Origin: Anaeramoeba ignava BMAN
Lineage: Eukaryota > Protista > Anaeramoebae
Direction: 5' to 3'
Assembly: GCA_028826165.1 (NCBI GenBank)
Contig: JAPDFW010000128.1
Span: forward strand, 85,220-149,219
DNA: 64,000 bases
Below, in pieces: positions 26,126-39,583 of this stretch. The notes beneath the pieces were generated by a model. It was not told where the DNA came from. It worked only from the letters and a program-made list of their open reading frames with translations, and did no database searches. Position numbers and translations under genes: made by a program. The first letter of the stretch is position 1. Each line of letters starts with the position of its first letter.

Positions 26126-28108
26126 TTAAATTTTTTCTCTTTTATTTCCTAAAGTAACTGAATAACAAGTAATTGATTCTTGTTCAGTTTGAAAATTAAT
26201 TTGAGTTTTAGCAGGAATCAAAAAAACATCACCTTGTTTAATTTTGAAAAAAGAAAGATCATGATTTGAATCAATTTTCTCAGAAAGAGAAATATTTGCC
26301 GATCCAAAAAGAACAAGTAAAATGGATAAATTTTGATTTTGACGATAAGAATAAAGTTGATTTTTAGGAACAGAAATTTGGTGAACAATAAATTCTTCAA
26401 AAGAAGGTTCAAAAGAAGAAACAAAAGAATCAATTTGCTTTGGTTTTTGGATTTTTGAGTTTTGAGAAGGAGAATAGTCAAGCATTTCAATAAGAGTTTT
26501 CTTGTCTTGAAATTTGGGAGTAAGACCCGCTCTCACAACGTTATCAGAACGAGCCATGCATTCAATAATATCGCCTGAAATATAAGCATGACAAATATTT
26601 TCTTTGATAAAAACACATTCTCCTTTTTGTAAAAAAAGATGGTTCATAAAAAACGCCAAAAAAGCGCCTGAATCGTTTGGAAATTGTGTGTTGAGTTTAA
26701 TTGCTAATTTTTCTTCATCCGAAATTTCAATTCCTTTTTCTATTTTACTTTCAATTTCTTTCTTCATGTTTTCCAATTGATTTTTGATGATTTCATCAGA
26801 ACAATTTAAAAGGGAAGAAAAAACCAATTTCAAAACTTGTGATTTTTGATTCTCATCCGAATTCGGATCGTTAATAACTGTGCTGAATTGATTCGCAGCG
26901 TTTCCATCAATAACATTTTGCAAATAACTAAATTTTTGGATATTTTGATTGATTTGCTGCAATGGTTTAAATCCCATAATTGCTTCCAATCCAGAAATCG
27001 CAATCGCCAGTTCTGGCTTATGATTTGGATCCTTATAAATATCTGGGTAATTTTTGTGCAATTTTTGCGCAAGTTCTCGATCAGGATGTGCCTGAATAGA
27101 GAGTGTTTTGTTAATTGATAAAACTTTGAATAAAAATGGCAACTGATTTTTTGGATTGTTTCTTGATTCATTGAATTCCAAAATTTCTTCTCCTGTTTTT
27201 TCTTTGTTTTTTTCAATCCATTCTTCAAATTCAATTTCTTTTGAATTGGAATCCATAATTTTTGATGGTCCATTTGGATGATCTCCCATCCAAAATTCTG
27301 CGAATGGTTCTTTGTTGTTTGTAATTTCTTTATTATTATTTAATGACCATAATTTTGCGACTAAACTTTCTTGGCCTTGTTTTCCCCACTAAATCCAAAT
27401 AAATTTTAAATTCAAATCAATTTTAAATTCAAATCAATTTTAAATTCAAATTTTAATTTTAAAATGAATTTTAATTTTAATTTTATAAATGAATTTTAAT
27501 TTTATAAATGAATTTTAATTTTATAAATGAATTTTAATTTTATAAATGAATTTTAATTTTATAAATGAATTTTAATTTTATAAATGAATTTTAATTTTAT
27601 AAATGAATTTTAATTTTAATTTTAATTTTAATTTTTAATTTGATTTTAATTTTATTTTTATAAATGAATTTTAATTTTTATAAATGAATTTTAATTTTGA
27701 TTTTAATTTTAATTTTATAAATGAATTTAATTTTAATTTTGATTTTGATTTTAATTTTGATTTGATTTTAATTTTAATTTTATAAATGAATTTTAATTTT
27801 ATAAATGAATTTTAATTTTGATTTTGATTTTAATTTTTATTTTATAAATGAATTTTAATTTTAATTTTAATTTTAATTTTAATTTTAATTTTAATTTTAT
27901 AAATGAATTTTAATTTTAATTTTATAAATGAATTTTAATTTTATAAATGAATTTTAATTTAAATTTTTAATTTGATTTTAATTTTAATTTTATAAATGAA
28001 TTTTCATTTTATAAATGAATTTTAATTTTATAAATGAATTTTCATTTTAATTTGATTTTGTACAGCATAGTTTTGTGCAACACATTTCATTGAATAAATT
28101 TTGTTCAT
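26126..28108 (-). CDS. MPI: Mannose-6-phosphate isomerase type I, 2 exons
   Basis: Exon 1 28108-28064 (MNKIYSMKCVAQNYA) splices to 27388 (WGKQG...AEFWMGDHP); LPFLFKVLS..KTLSIQAHP, YKDPNHKPE, HAYISG..ECMARSDNVVRAGLTPK. Confidence 0.96.
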
Positions 28109-28117
28109 TTTAAAAAA

Positions 28118-28157
28118 TAAATGAAAAAATGAAAAAATGAAAAAATGAAAAAATGAA
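28118..28157 (-). promoter_or_regulatory. Tandem Inr-like T(n)CA motifs upstream of MPI
   Basis: Five tandem copies 10-50 nt upstream of the ATG at 28108; representative of the window-wide motif. Confidence 0.65.
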
Positions 28158-28200
28158 TTTAAAAAATTTTTATTTCGAATAAAAAAAAAAGAAAAAAAAA

Positions 28201-28782
28201 CTAATTAGAAATAATATGTTCCAAAACACCTTCACGAATTAAATTTTCAGCATCAACTCTTCTCAAAAACAACCTAGAATTTTTTTTCAATTCAACAATA
28301 CTTTGACCACCATCAATAAAAATCTGACCATAATCTTTAAGAACACGAACTTCAATATAAAGATCATTAGAAGGCGGTTGATGATCTTGAGTCAAATCAA
28401 GATCCAACGAATTCATATAGTCTTCTAATATTTGGCAATATTCATGATGAAAAGATTCCTCATTTTGAGTGATATTTTCCCGAATTTGATTTGGAATCAC
28501 TGATCCAAAATCCCATCTCATTTCAATCAGTTTTTTCCCTCTTTCTAAATGATATGATGTCAAGATTTGCTCGTTTCTTTCTATCATATAATTTAATATG
28601 TGGAGTTTTGTTTTCGAAATTGTGTCTTCGTATTTTTTTTGCTTCACCATTTCGTGAAGTTGTTCTTGCTTCCGATTAGTTTCTTCTATTACTTTTTGTA
28701 CTAATGATTGATCATATTTCGGTAATTGTTCAGTTGTTCGTTGAAGTTCTTTTAAAAGTTCAACTCCAATTTCTGTATTCAT
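28201..28782 (-). CDS. PSF1: GINS complex subunit Psf1
   Basis: ELLKEL...LPKYD...RN..L.YH.ER..L..RW.G..IP...E..F...Y...L..YM...LDLT.D.QPP..LYIEVRVLKDYG...LKKNS..FL.R.DAE.LIREGVLEHI matches the GINS1 pattern. Confidence 0.93.
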   Translation of the reverse strand: MNTEIGVELLKELQRTTEQLPKYDQSLVQKVIEETNRKQEQLHEMVKQKKYEDTISKTKLHILNYMIERNEQILTSYHLERGKKLIEMRWDFGSVIPNQIRENITQNEESFHHEYCQILEDYMNSLDLDLTQDHQPPSNDLYIEVRVLKDYGQIFIDGGQSIVELKKNSRLFLRRVDAENLIREGVLEHIISN

Positions 28783-29181
28783 TCATTCAAAAAAAAAATG
28801 AAAAATGAAAAATGAAAAAATGATTTTTTGAATTTTAATTTTAATTTTAATTTTAATTTTAATTTTAATTTTAATTTTGATTTTAATTTTGATTTTGATT
28901 TTAATTTTGATTTTAATTTTAATTTTAATTTTAATTTTAATTTTAATTTTAATTTTTATTTTAATTTTGATTTTTAATTTTGATTTTGATTTTAATTTTA
29001 ATTTTAATTTTAATTTTAATTTTAATTTTAATTTTAATTTTAATTTTGATTTTAATTTTGATTTTAATTTTAATTTTTAATTTTGATTTTAATTTTGATT
29101 ATTAAATTTAATTTTGATTTTGATTTTGATTTTATTTTTAATTTTTAATTTTTAATTTTAATTTTAATTTTAATTTTAATT

Positions 29182-32100
29182 TTAATTTTGATTTTGATTT
29201 TGATTTTGTTTTTGATTTCGTTTTCGATTTTGTTTTTGTTTGAGTTTTTTTTTTGGTTTTTGTTTTTGATTTTGATTTTGATTTTGATTTTGATTTTGAT
29301 TTTGATTTTGATTTTGAATTTGAATTTGAATTTGAATATGATTGGGTTTTTTGTTGGGAAGTTGGGTGCAAATTAATTCCCATTTTTGCGAAAGTTCTTG
29401 TGCTTTTTTTTGATTGGCTCGAAGAAAAATTTTTTTTTTGTTTTTTAAAGTTTGGTCTAGAAAAAAAAAGAGATGAAAATTGAGCAAAGATGAAAAATAT
29501 GAAAAAATTGAACAGAAACCTAAATTTTGGAAAAAAGACACCACAAGGTTGTTTTTTTCATTTGGATTTTGTTCCACATCATATGTTGAAATAAGAATTT
29601 TAATTCCTATAAATTTAAAAAATAGAAAGAATTCAAGTTTTGAATTAATTGATTTTTCAATGAAAGTTTTTTCAGTAATTTCTTAACTGTGAAAATCAAG
29701 ATCTCGTAAATTTGGCTTAAAGAGGATTTCATCTATTAATTTGAATGAAAAAAAAAAGTAAATAACAAAGAAAAGGAAATGAAAAAATTAAATAATATTT
29801 ACTCGGTTTTTCTTTTTGAAGGTTTTGTAAAATCTTTAATATATGCAATCGAAATTGGGTTGCTTGGAATTTCGTTTTTGGATCATCTTTCAGATTGGAA
29901 GAATTTGATCGATCAAGAATTTGAAAAATTATCCTAATTAGATCTAATTGAGGGGAAAAAGAAAAAATAAATTCATTTAAATGAATGAAGAAAAAAGAAA
30001 AAAATTGAACAGAAACCTAAATTTTGGAAAAGAGACACCACAAGGTTGTTTTTTTCATTTGGATTTTGTTCCACATCATATGTTGAAATAAGAATTTTAA
30101 TTCCTATAAATTTAAAAAATAGAAAGAATTCAAGTTTTGAATTAATTGATTTTTCAATGAAAGTTTTTTCAGTAATTTCTTAACTGTGAAAATCAAGATC
30201 TCGTAAATTTGGCTTAAAGAGGATTTCATCTATTAATTTGAATGAAAAAAAAAAGTAAATAACAAAAAGAAAAGGAAATGAAAAAATTAAATAATATTTA
30301 CTTAGTTTTTCTTTTTGAAGGTTTTGTAAAATATGCAATCGAAATTGGGTTGCTTCATTAATCAGATCTTTTTCATTTGTCATATAAAAAAAACGAGAAG
30401 CATCAAGAATTTGAAAATTTAGATCTATTGAATTTTGATCAAAAACTATTTGGAAGAGAGAAATTTATGATTGAATTTAGAAAGAAAGAAAAAAGAAAAA
30501 AATTGAACAGAAACCTAAATTTTGGAAAAAAGACACCACAAGTTTGTTGATTTTTTCATTTGGATTTTGTTCCACATCATATGTTGAAATAAGAATTTTA
30601 ATTCCTATAAATTTAAAAAATAGAAAGAATTCAAGTTTTGAATTAATTGATTTTTCAATGAAAGTTTTTTCAGTAATTTCTTAACTGTGAAAATCAAGAT
30701 CTCGTAAATTTGGCTTAAAGAGGATTTCATCTATTAATTTGAATGAAAAAAAAAAGTAAATAACAAAAAGAAAAGGAAATGAAAAAATTAAATAATATTT
30801 ACTCGGTTTTTCTTTTTGAAGGTTTTGTAAAATATGCAATCGAAATTGGGTTGCTTCATTAATCAGATCTTTTTCATTTGTCATATAAAAAAAACGAGAA
30901 GCATCAAGAATTTGAAAATTTAAATGGATTGGATCATCATGTTGAGTAAAAAAATCTTGGAAAAGATGAAATTTGGTTTGAGAGATTTTTTGTGAGAAAA
31001 GAAAAAGTAAAGGAAAAAAACAAAATCAAATCTGTTATTCAATATTCAATACCTTTGTTGTTGGAAAGGATTTTCTGAAAATCAAGTTTTGAAATCGATT
31101 GGTAGTTTATCGTTTCTTTGATTTTTTCTTTTTTGATCTCTTTGAGAATTCTCAATATTGAAATGAATAAGTTTTCTGTTGATTTACAAAAACCAAGAAA
31201 GTTAGTGATATTAATCGAAAATTGGGATGAATTTTGGAAAAAAAAGAATTATTTCTTTACTTTCTTCTACAATTAGAGAGTTTGTTTTTTTCAGTTCGTT
31301 GATGTGATTGTAAATTTCTTTTTTTGTTTTTGTAAACAAATAACGAAAATGAGATTAATGAAAGGTGGAGTTTATTTTTTGATATACCAAGAATAATTTC
31401 CTTATTGTATTCGAAAAAATAGCTTAAAAGAAATCCGGAGTTGAGTTGGAGTTGATCAAATTCTTGATTTCTGTTCAAGGTATTTGAATAATAAGCTGTT
31501 AAAATCATTTCAATTATTCCATCTGTTTGGAGAATTTTGTTTCGATTCTCTTTTTAGATTTTTAAGCAAAATTTCATGATTGAAGTGAAAAATGATTGAA
31601 AATTCTGAAAATAAATTGAAAAATACCTTTACTTTCAAAAGCAAGAGATCCTAAAAGATCAATACTTTTATGTTGAATTGTGAAATTATGAGGATGTTGT
31701 GAAATTGCATATACAAGACGTTCGATTACTCTATGTTGAAGGTTTTGACGTGTATTTTTTTCGACGTCGTCCTTTGTGTTGAGATTGAACCAATCTACCA
31801 TTCTTGAGTTTTCGGTGAACTTTGTTTGAAAAATATTTGAGGAAAATAATTTGGGAATTAAAATATTGTGTGAATGCGAATTTTTTGGTGATGAAGTTTG
31901 GAATTTGGAGGTATTACATGTTCTAAAATCAAAAAGAAACAAAATAATGAATTTGATTTGGTTTTATTGGAAAAGAATACTTGGAACGTTCCACAAGTTG
32001 TTTCTTAAAGCACGACATCCATTCTCTTGGATTTGCTCAATATTTGGGAAAGATATCATTGCTTTCATAATTAAGTCTATTCCTTTAATCCCAATTTTTT

Positions 32101-34207
32101 GGGACAATTCTTTTTCATGAAAAACCATAAATTAAATCATTGAAAAAGAAAAAGTGTTTTTGAGCATTTACCTGAACCTTTTTCTTTAAAGGAATTTTTC
32201 TTTCTAAAATTGTCATCAAAACAAATAATTCCTAAAAGACTGCAACTTTCTTGTTGAACTCCTTTATCATCCTCAAAAAATTCCATTGCTTTTTTCATTT
32301 TGGATATAAGTGCTTTGAGATCAGAGAAATGGTTGTTTTTGAATTCTTTGTAATTTTTTTCGGAAATTATTGAAAAATAGGAATGGAAAGAAAAGAAAAA
32401 TATAATTTTTGGAAATGTGAAATGTACCAGAATTTTTTTTGATGATTGTTTCTATGGCTGAAAATGCATTTGCCTGAATTTTTGGGTTTTGAGAAAATTT
32501 TTTGATTACTTTCACAATGAGATCGAACGATTTGCTTTGTTGATCTGAGATTTTCTTTAGGAATTCAGCTATCTGGTTACTCTTTTCTTCTTTATATGTA
32601 TTTGTTTATGTTTGATTTATTTTGGTAATAAAAAGTGAACAGGTCAGTTTTGTTATGAAGTGTTTTGATTACAAAATTTTACTTGTTTTTATACTTTTTT
32701 TCTGATTAAATTCGACTTCTTAAATCAAGGAAAAATAAAAAATCAAAGAAAAATCAATTTTGGTTTGTTTTTTGAAAAAAGGAAAATTACTTCTTGTATA
32801 ATACCAAAGACTCTCAAGTGCATCACATCCATATTCTTGTATTTTTGAATCCTTGGAATTTTTCGACATTGTGACATGTATTCGTTCGAAAACTGAGGGA
32901 ATATAATCTATCCATAATTTTTCAATCTTTGTTAATAGTTTTTCATTTTCTTTTTCTTTTTCTTTTTCATTTTCATTTTGATTTTGATTTTCATTTTGAT
33001 TTTGATTTTGATTTTCTTTTTTTTTTTCTTGTTGTCTATTGATTTTTTCTTTTATTTTTATGGAAGGTTAAAAATTTTTGATTACAAAATCAGGAAAAAA
33101 ATTACCAAAAAATGTGGAGATGATGATCAGTTGTTTGAAATGTGTTACTGCCAATTCGTTTGGCAGTTTCTGGAAGAATGATTCCAGAAATTTTTTCATT
33201 TCCTCACTCAAACCATCTAAAGCAGATCTTTCATCTTCAATTTATTGATTTTATTTTTGAATTTTTATGAAAGATGTATATGAATGAAATTTTTTTTGAA
33301 TATTCCAAATTACCTTCAGTAGTACTAATAATTAGAAGTGCATCAAAAATTGAAGTTAAAATTGAAGTTAAAATTCCATCTTGATTATCCTGAAAAATAT
33401 TAGAATTTGGTAAGGATTTGAGAATTTCTTTGAATTGCTGAATAACGAACTGACGAGTTTGTTGTTGTTCTTGTTTTTCTATGTTAATTTCGAAAAGAAA
33501 AATGAAAAAAATTATTCCATTTCAAATGATATCAAAAAATTTTTCAAACTTTTCAATTCTTCTTCTTTTTTTTCGGAAAAATAAGGAGGATTTTGCTCAT
33601 TATTTTTTGCACATTCACACAAGAACTTTATCACTTTGAGAGAAAATCGTTTTTCTTTCATCTCTTTTTTGAATTTTTCAACTTGAGTTTTGTTTGAATT
33701 GGTACATTTGTTTTTAAAAGTAGAAAGAAAAAAAGAATTGATCAATTTGTAAAAAAAGAATTTTTCAGTTATTGATTTTATTTTGCCTACTCAAGGGTTG
33801 AACGAGTTGTTTTATTTTGTTGATTTCTTGGTTTTGATTTTGATTTTGATTTTCATTTGAATTTTCATTTTCAATTTCAATTTCATTTTGATTTTCATTT
33901 GAATTTTCATTTTCAATTTCTTTTTCATTTTGATATGAAAATAAGGATTTAAGTTGAAATAAGAATGGAAATAAGGATGACGTATTTGTGTTGTGTTTAA
34001 CTTACTTAAAGAAAATATCTGATTCCTCCAACAGCTTTCCAATAAATCCTGAACAATGTTGTTTATTTTTTCTTGATTGAAACCAGAGATTTGTAATTGC
34101 AAATTTGAAATAGAGTCGCTTTCGGGTTGAATGTTTTCTTTAGTTTGATCCTCCTTCTGGTCTTGATTGTCATCCATTTCAATTTGGTGTTGAATGCTGC
34201 TGTTCAT
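29182..34207 (-). CDS. Multi-exon ARM-repeat protein (LRRK2-ARM/aardvark-like repeats); exon structure only partly resolved
   Basis: Repeated elements KIQEYGCDAL, QNPKIQANAFSAI, DDKGVQQESCSLL, EQIQENGCRAL, NFTIQHKSIDLLGSL in short exons flanked by GT/AG; triplicated 3' cassette. Confidence 0.55.
29502..30921. repeat. Triplicated cassette of about 500 bp period (29502-29865, 29997-30422, 30497-30921)
   Basis: Near-identical blocks starting AAAAAATTGAACAGAAACCTAAATTTTGG; duplicate ORFs at 30180 and 30681. Confidence 0.92.
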
Positions 34208-34290
34208 TCTTGTGTTTTTTTTTCTATCAATTTGAAAAGAAAAAAATGAATTTTAATTTTTCATTTTCATTCTTTTTCTTTTTTTTGAAA

Positions 34291-37200
34291 ATGAATTTTG
34301 AATTTTTCTCAATTTGCCAAAATTTAATTAAAGAAAATAAAATTGAATTAATTCAAGACTTTTTAAAAGAAAATCAATTAACAACAAAGCAACTTTCAAA
34401 ATGTTTAACAATTTCGTTAATAAACAAAAGAACTTCAATAGAAATTATCAAATTATTGATAAAATCTGGAGCAAATGTAAATTATAGAAATAGAAAAAGT
34501 CGAAGAACGGCTTTATTAACAGCAATATGTCATTCAAATTCAAATGAAGTGATTGATTTTCTTGTCAATTCAGGATCAAATTTGAATATAAAAGATTCAA
34601 GAGGAAAATCGATTTTATATCATATTATGAAATACATGAAATCTGATACTCGGCATTTAATGAATTCTGTTTTAGAAAGAGGAGTGGAAATCAATCAAGA
34701 GGATAGATCAACTCAAAATGTTCTTTTTTATGCAATTATCAATCAACAGCCTTTTGGAATGATAAAATTTCTAATTGAAAAAGGAGCAAATGTTGATAGA
34801 AAAAATCTTTACGGAGAAAATTTAATGCATATTTGTGCAAAATACAGCCCAAATATTGGGTTATTTCAGTTATTAATTGATAAAGGAATTGAAGTCAATG
34901 ATACACAGCAGCATTTCAAAACGCCTCTTAGTTATTTACTCTTGGATTATCAAAAAAATGTTGAACAAATTAAATTTCTTGTTTCAAAGGGAGCAAATGT
35001 TGGGAAGTCATTGTTCTCTTTTGTTATGGATGCAAAATATTTTGAAATTGCTAAATTTGCGTTTTCCATTGATTCAACCTCAATTAATGAAAAAAATCGA
35101 TTAAGTGAAACATTACTTCATCGGGCATGTCTCAGAAAGAACAACATCAAAAACATTGAATTGATTATCCAAAATGGAATTAATGTAAATGAAGTGGATT
35201 CCTTCGGGAGCACGGCTCTTCATGTTGCTTGCCAAAATAGATTAGAAAATGAAGTTATTAAATTACTCATTTCATCAGGAGTTGATCCATCAATTAAAAA
35301 TTACTTTTCTTATGCATTGGAGTATTTCCACAAATGGGATATTTATAAAGATCCAGAATTACCAGAAATAATGCTTCTTCTTTTCAAAGGAATTGGAATT
35401 GATTCGAGAAATCAAATTCGTTTATCTGAAACTGCGTGGAGAAATTTCCTTAGTAATATGCCTAAAAACAACAAAGAGCTAAGTTCTGAGATTATCAATA
35501 TTCTAGACACAATGATTAAATTGTCTTATCCGTATTCTCAGTCCTATCCCTTCAGAAGAGATACTCTAGAAGATTTAGCTTCATATTCCTATAAGAATCT
35601 TGAAGTATTCAAATTTTTGTTTGAAAAAGCTTTAGAGTTCAAATCCAAAATAAAATTCACAAACATTATCTATCATGTTTGCAACTATCCTGAAAGTTCT
35701 TCTCTGATCGTATATATTCTTGAATCGCTTCTAAAGCATCCTGACATCAATGTTGTTCTAAATCCATCATTTCTGAGTTTTTGCCATTATTCGCATGGAA
35801 TTGAAGAATTTAAATTATTTCTCAAAATGGGAGTAGATGTAAATTACAAAGATACTTACAAAATTACACCTTTAATGTATGTATGTAAATTTTCTCCATC
35901 TTTTGCAAATATATCTTTCCTTATTGAATCAGGTGCAGATGCTTTTGCAAGGGATACTAATGGAAACTCGATATTGCATCATTTCTGTCAATCAAGATCT
36001 TCGTCTCATAAACTTATTGATATTCCTGAATTGATGAAATTATTCAAATCAAAAGGATTAAGTATACATGATAAAAATAACCGAAATGAAGATGCGTTGA
36101 TTTGTAGTTGTTCAAATAAGTTCATTTCAGATCAACTAATTAGATATTTAATTGAAGATGGAGCAAATTTAAATTCAATTAATTTTTCAAATCTGTCCGC
36201 ATTTTCTTTATATTTACAGAACAAAAACCATTGTTTGGAAACAATTAAATTTTTTATTGAAAAAGGAATCAATCAAGAAAATATTGAATCAGGTTTTATC
36301 CATTGGATTCTTGATATCTACGCTATTCATGATTGCCATCATCTTGAAACATTTAAATTCTTTTTTGAAAACAATCTTTTGGAAAACAAACAAAAAATTT
36401 TATTTGAAAATTCTCAAGTTCTTCATTACTTTACTGATATTGGTTCGATAACAGAAAATGAACTGAATGATTTATTTGTTCTTTTTATTAATAATGGAGC
36501 TAATATTGAAATTAAAACTAATCAGAATGAAAATCTTCTTCATTCAATTTGTCTCAAACATCCTTCTTTCATTCAATTAACTAAATTTTTACTAAGTTTA
36601 AATTTGGATTTAAATGCAGTTACTAATTCTAAGCAAACTCCTTTATCAATCATTTGCGAATTTTCTAATTCGAAAGAATTAATTCCAATTTTACTTTCTA
36701 AAGGTGCAAATCCAAATTATCCACAAAATTGCATTGATTTAATAAAAAGAAATCATTTTTATTTTAAAAGTCAATTTAAAGACATAGAATATTTGTTTTG
36801 GTATGGAGCAGAATGGAAAAATCCACCAGTAATATTTCCTCAATTTATCACCAAAATTTTTTTCAAATTAAATTAAATTAAATTTTTATTAAAAAAAAAA
36901 CAAAGTCAAAAGGTTCTATTCATATGAAAATAAATCAATTATTCCTTAAAACATATAAAAGTTATCAAGAAGATTTTTTAAATTTATTCAAAAGACAAGA
37001 ATTAACTGATTATAAAATTCAATGTAAAGATGGATTCATTTTAATTCATAAATTAATTCTTACTTCAAGATTATATTTAGAAAATGAATCAGAACAAGAA
37101 ATTTTACAAAAATTCTTAAATTTTGCTTTTCAAGCATCAAAAACAGAAATGGAAATTATTGTTGAATTTCTTTATTCAGGAATCATTGAAATGAGCAATT

Positions 37201-37670
37201 ATGAAAATGATTTCAAATTTCTTGAAAAATTTGCTCAAAATTTAGGTTTTCCTAAAAATTGGATTATTCAAAAATCAGGAAAAATTGGATTAATTCATGA
37301 TTTAGAAAAACTTTATCAAGATGAAAAATCAAAAGATTTCACAATTATTTTTCAAGATGAAACAACAATTAAAGTTCATAAATTAATTTTAATTGCAAGA
37401 TCTAATTTATTTAGAGGAATGTTTCTCAGTGTTGTTGATAATTCCAATCAAGTTCATGATTACAGTGAAATTCCTTCAAAAACAATGAAAAATTTAATTG
37501 GTTTTCTTTATTTAGATTCATGTTCTTCATTTGAAAATTCTGAAATTGAATATTTTCAAAAAGCAAAAGATTATTTCCAATTAAATGAAAATTGCTCTTT
37601 AGATTTATTTTTTTCTCAACCTTCATTAGCAAATCAATATTTTAATGATGAATATCTCAATAGAAAATAA
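34291..37670 (+). CDS. Ankyrin-repeat plus tandem BTB protein, 2 exons
   Basis: Many ankyrin repeats (GANVN..., TALHVAC, TPLMYVC); phase-0 intron 36829-36905 (GT..AAG) joins ORFs 34210 and 36924; C-terminal BTBs (IHKLILTSR, VHKLILIARSNLFRGMF). ATG at 34291 follows a TCATTTT motif. Confidence 0.88.
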
Positions 37671-37738
37671 AATCAAAAAAGAAATTAATTTTGATTTTGA
37701 TTTTAATTTTGATTTTGATTTTAATTTTGATTTTAATT

Positions 37739-39484
37739 TTAATTTTGATTTTGATTATTAAATTTTTTAATTAATAAATCAAATAAATTTGGATTTGTTT
37801 GATTTAATTGAAAATAATCAATTCCTCTTTCTAATTCATTAATTATTTCTTTTGTAATTTTAATTCCTTTTTTAATTTGATTTGAATAAATCCAATATTC
37901 TAATATTTGAAATGATTTATTACTTAATTCACTATAATCTGTAACTTTATTTGAAGTATCTTCTGTTACAGATAAAAACATTCCTCGATATAATTCACTT
38001 CTCATTATTAATATTAATTTGGGAAATTTATATTGTTTTTCTTTTCTTTCAATAATAAAATCTTTTTCATTTTCATTTTCATTTAAATAAATTCTTTTCA
38101 TTGTTTCTTCAATTTTTTCATTAGAATTTATAATTTCTTTAATTTCATAATATAATTTTGGATTTATTATTCTATTTGAATAAATCATTTCAAATATTTG
38201 ATTTGATTCTTTAATTGATTTTTTTGAAATAATTTCTTGAAGTTTTTCAATTTCATTTTCATCTTGATTTAATCTATATTTCAATATTAATTTATGAGCT
38301 TCAATTATTTCTCCATTTTCTGTTTTAAATGAAATATCACAAAATTCTTTTCTTTTAAATAGTTTTATCAAATCTTCTTCAAGATTGGAAAAAGGAGGAG
38401 AATAATAATAAAGAAATGAATTATTATATCCACAAGAAATATGATAATTGAAAATATCTCCATTAAATCTTAATTCAGGAAGTTCAATTTGAATTGGAAT
38501 TGATTGTGTATTTGTATCTCCAGTTCCTAATTGACCATATAAATTACTTCCAAATGAAATAAATTTTTCATTGTATGTCAAGATCAAAGTATGATAACTT
38601 CCAACAGAAAAATCAAGAATATTATCATTTTCAAATAAAGGTGATTTGATTTCAGTAAATTCATAAGTATATTCATCTTCTTTACCAAGTCCATTATATT
38701 GATAATATCCACATGAATAAAGTTTTCTTTTTTCATCTTCATTTTCATCTTCAATCAACATTATTGAATGATTAAAACCACATTGAATATCAATTATTTT
38801 ACCTTTTGGAATATTTTGGATTTTGGTTAGATTTTGGATTTTTCGTCTTCTTATCCCTAACCCAAGTTGACCTTCATTATTATTTCCGCATCCAAATAGT
38901 TCTTGATTTGAATTTAAAAGGAAAACAGAACTTGAAGAATTTCCTGAAAATATTTTAGAAACATTTTTCATCATTAAAATAGGGTTTCTTGTTCTTTCAA
39001 GTGTTTTAGAATCAAAACCAAGTTGTCCCTGGTAATTTTCGCCAATTCCATAAACATTTTGATTTGAAGTTAATAAGTAAATTGAATTAAATCCAGAAAC
39101 AATATCTTGAATTATTCTATCATTTTTATCTTCAATTAATGATGAAATATTGATAAATTTATTTGGATTTTGAGGATTTATATCTCTTCCTTTGGCAAAC
39201 ACATTTCCTTCTTTTGTTAAAATAGTTTCATCTTCAAAACCACTTGATACTTTTTGAATATTTTCAAATTTGGAAATGATTGAATAATATGAGTTGTCAG
39301 TCGCTTTGCAATTTTCAAAGAGGAAAATTGTTGTTGCTTTTCCTGTTGAAATTTGTTTAATTTGTTTTTCATTTTCATTTTCATTTTCAAATTTAAATTG
39401 AATAGGCTTTATTACTCTTTCTTCTCGTTCATTTTTGATAAGTTTTGGATATGAATTTTGACCAAAAAATATAATTTCATTCAT
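37739..39484 (-). CDS. RCC1-repeat plus BTB protein, paralog 1
   Basis: RCC1 blades (G.N..GQLG, CG.NHS, VGSYHT); BTB (EIIEAHKLIL, RSELYRGMF). Confidence 0.92.
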   Translation of the reverse strand: MNEIIFFGQNSYPKLIKNEREERVIKPIQFKFENENENEKQIKQISTGKATTIFLFENCKATDNSYYSIISKFENIQKVSSGFEDETILTKEGNVFAKGRDINPQNPNKFINISSLIEDKNDRIIQDIVSGFNSIYLLTSNQNVYGIGENYQGQLGFDSKTLERTRNPILMMKNVSKIFSGNSSSSVFLLNSNQELFGCGNNNEGQLGLGIRRRKIQNLTKIQNIPKGKIIDIQCGFNHSIMLIEDENEDEKRKLYSCGYYQYNGLGKEDEYTYEFTEIKSPLFENDNILDFSVGSYHTLILTYNEKFISFGSNLYGQLGTGDTNTQSIPIQIELPELRFNGDIFNYHISCGYNNSFLYYYSPPFSNLEEDLIKLFKRKEFCDISFKTENGEIIEAHKLILKYRLNQDENEIEKLQEIISKKSIKESNQIFEMIYSNRIINPKLYYEIKEIINSNEKIEETMKRIYLNENENEKDFIIERKEKQYKFPKLILIMRSELYRGMFLSVTEDTSNKVTDYSELSNKSFQILEYWIYSNQIKKGIKITKEIINELERGIDYFQLNQTNPNLFDLLIKKFNNQNQN

Positions 39485-39583
39485 TTTCTATTTTCTATTT
39501 TCTATTTTCTATTTTTTATTTTTTTGAAAAGAAAAAAAAAATGATTTTTGATTTTCATTTTTTTCATTTTTTTCATTTCAAAA

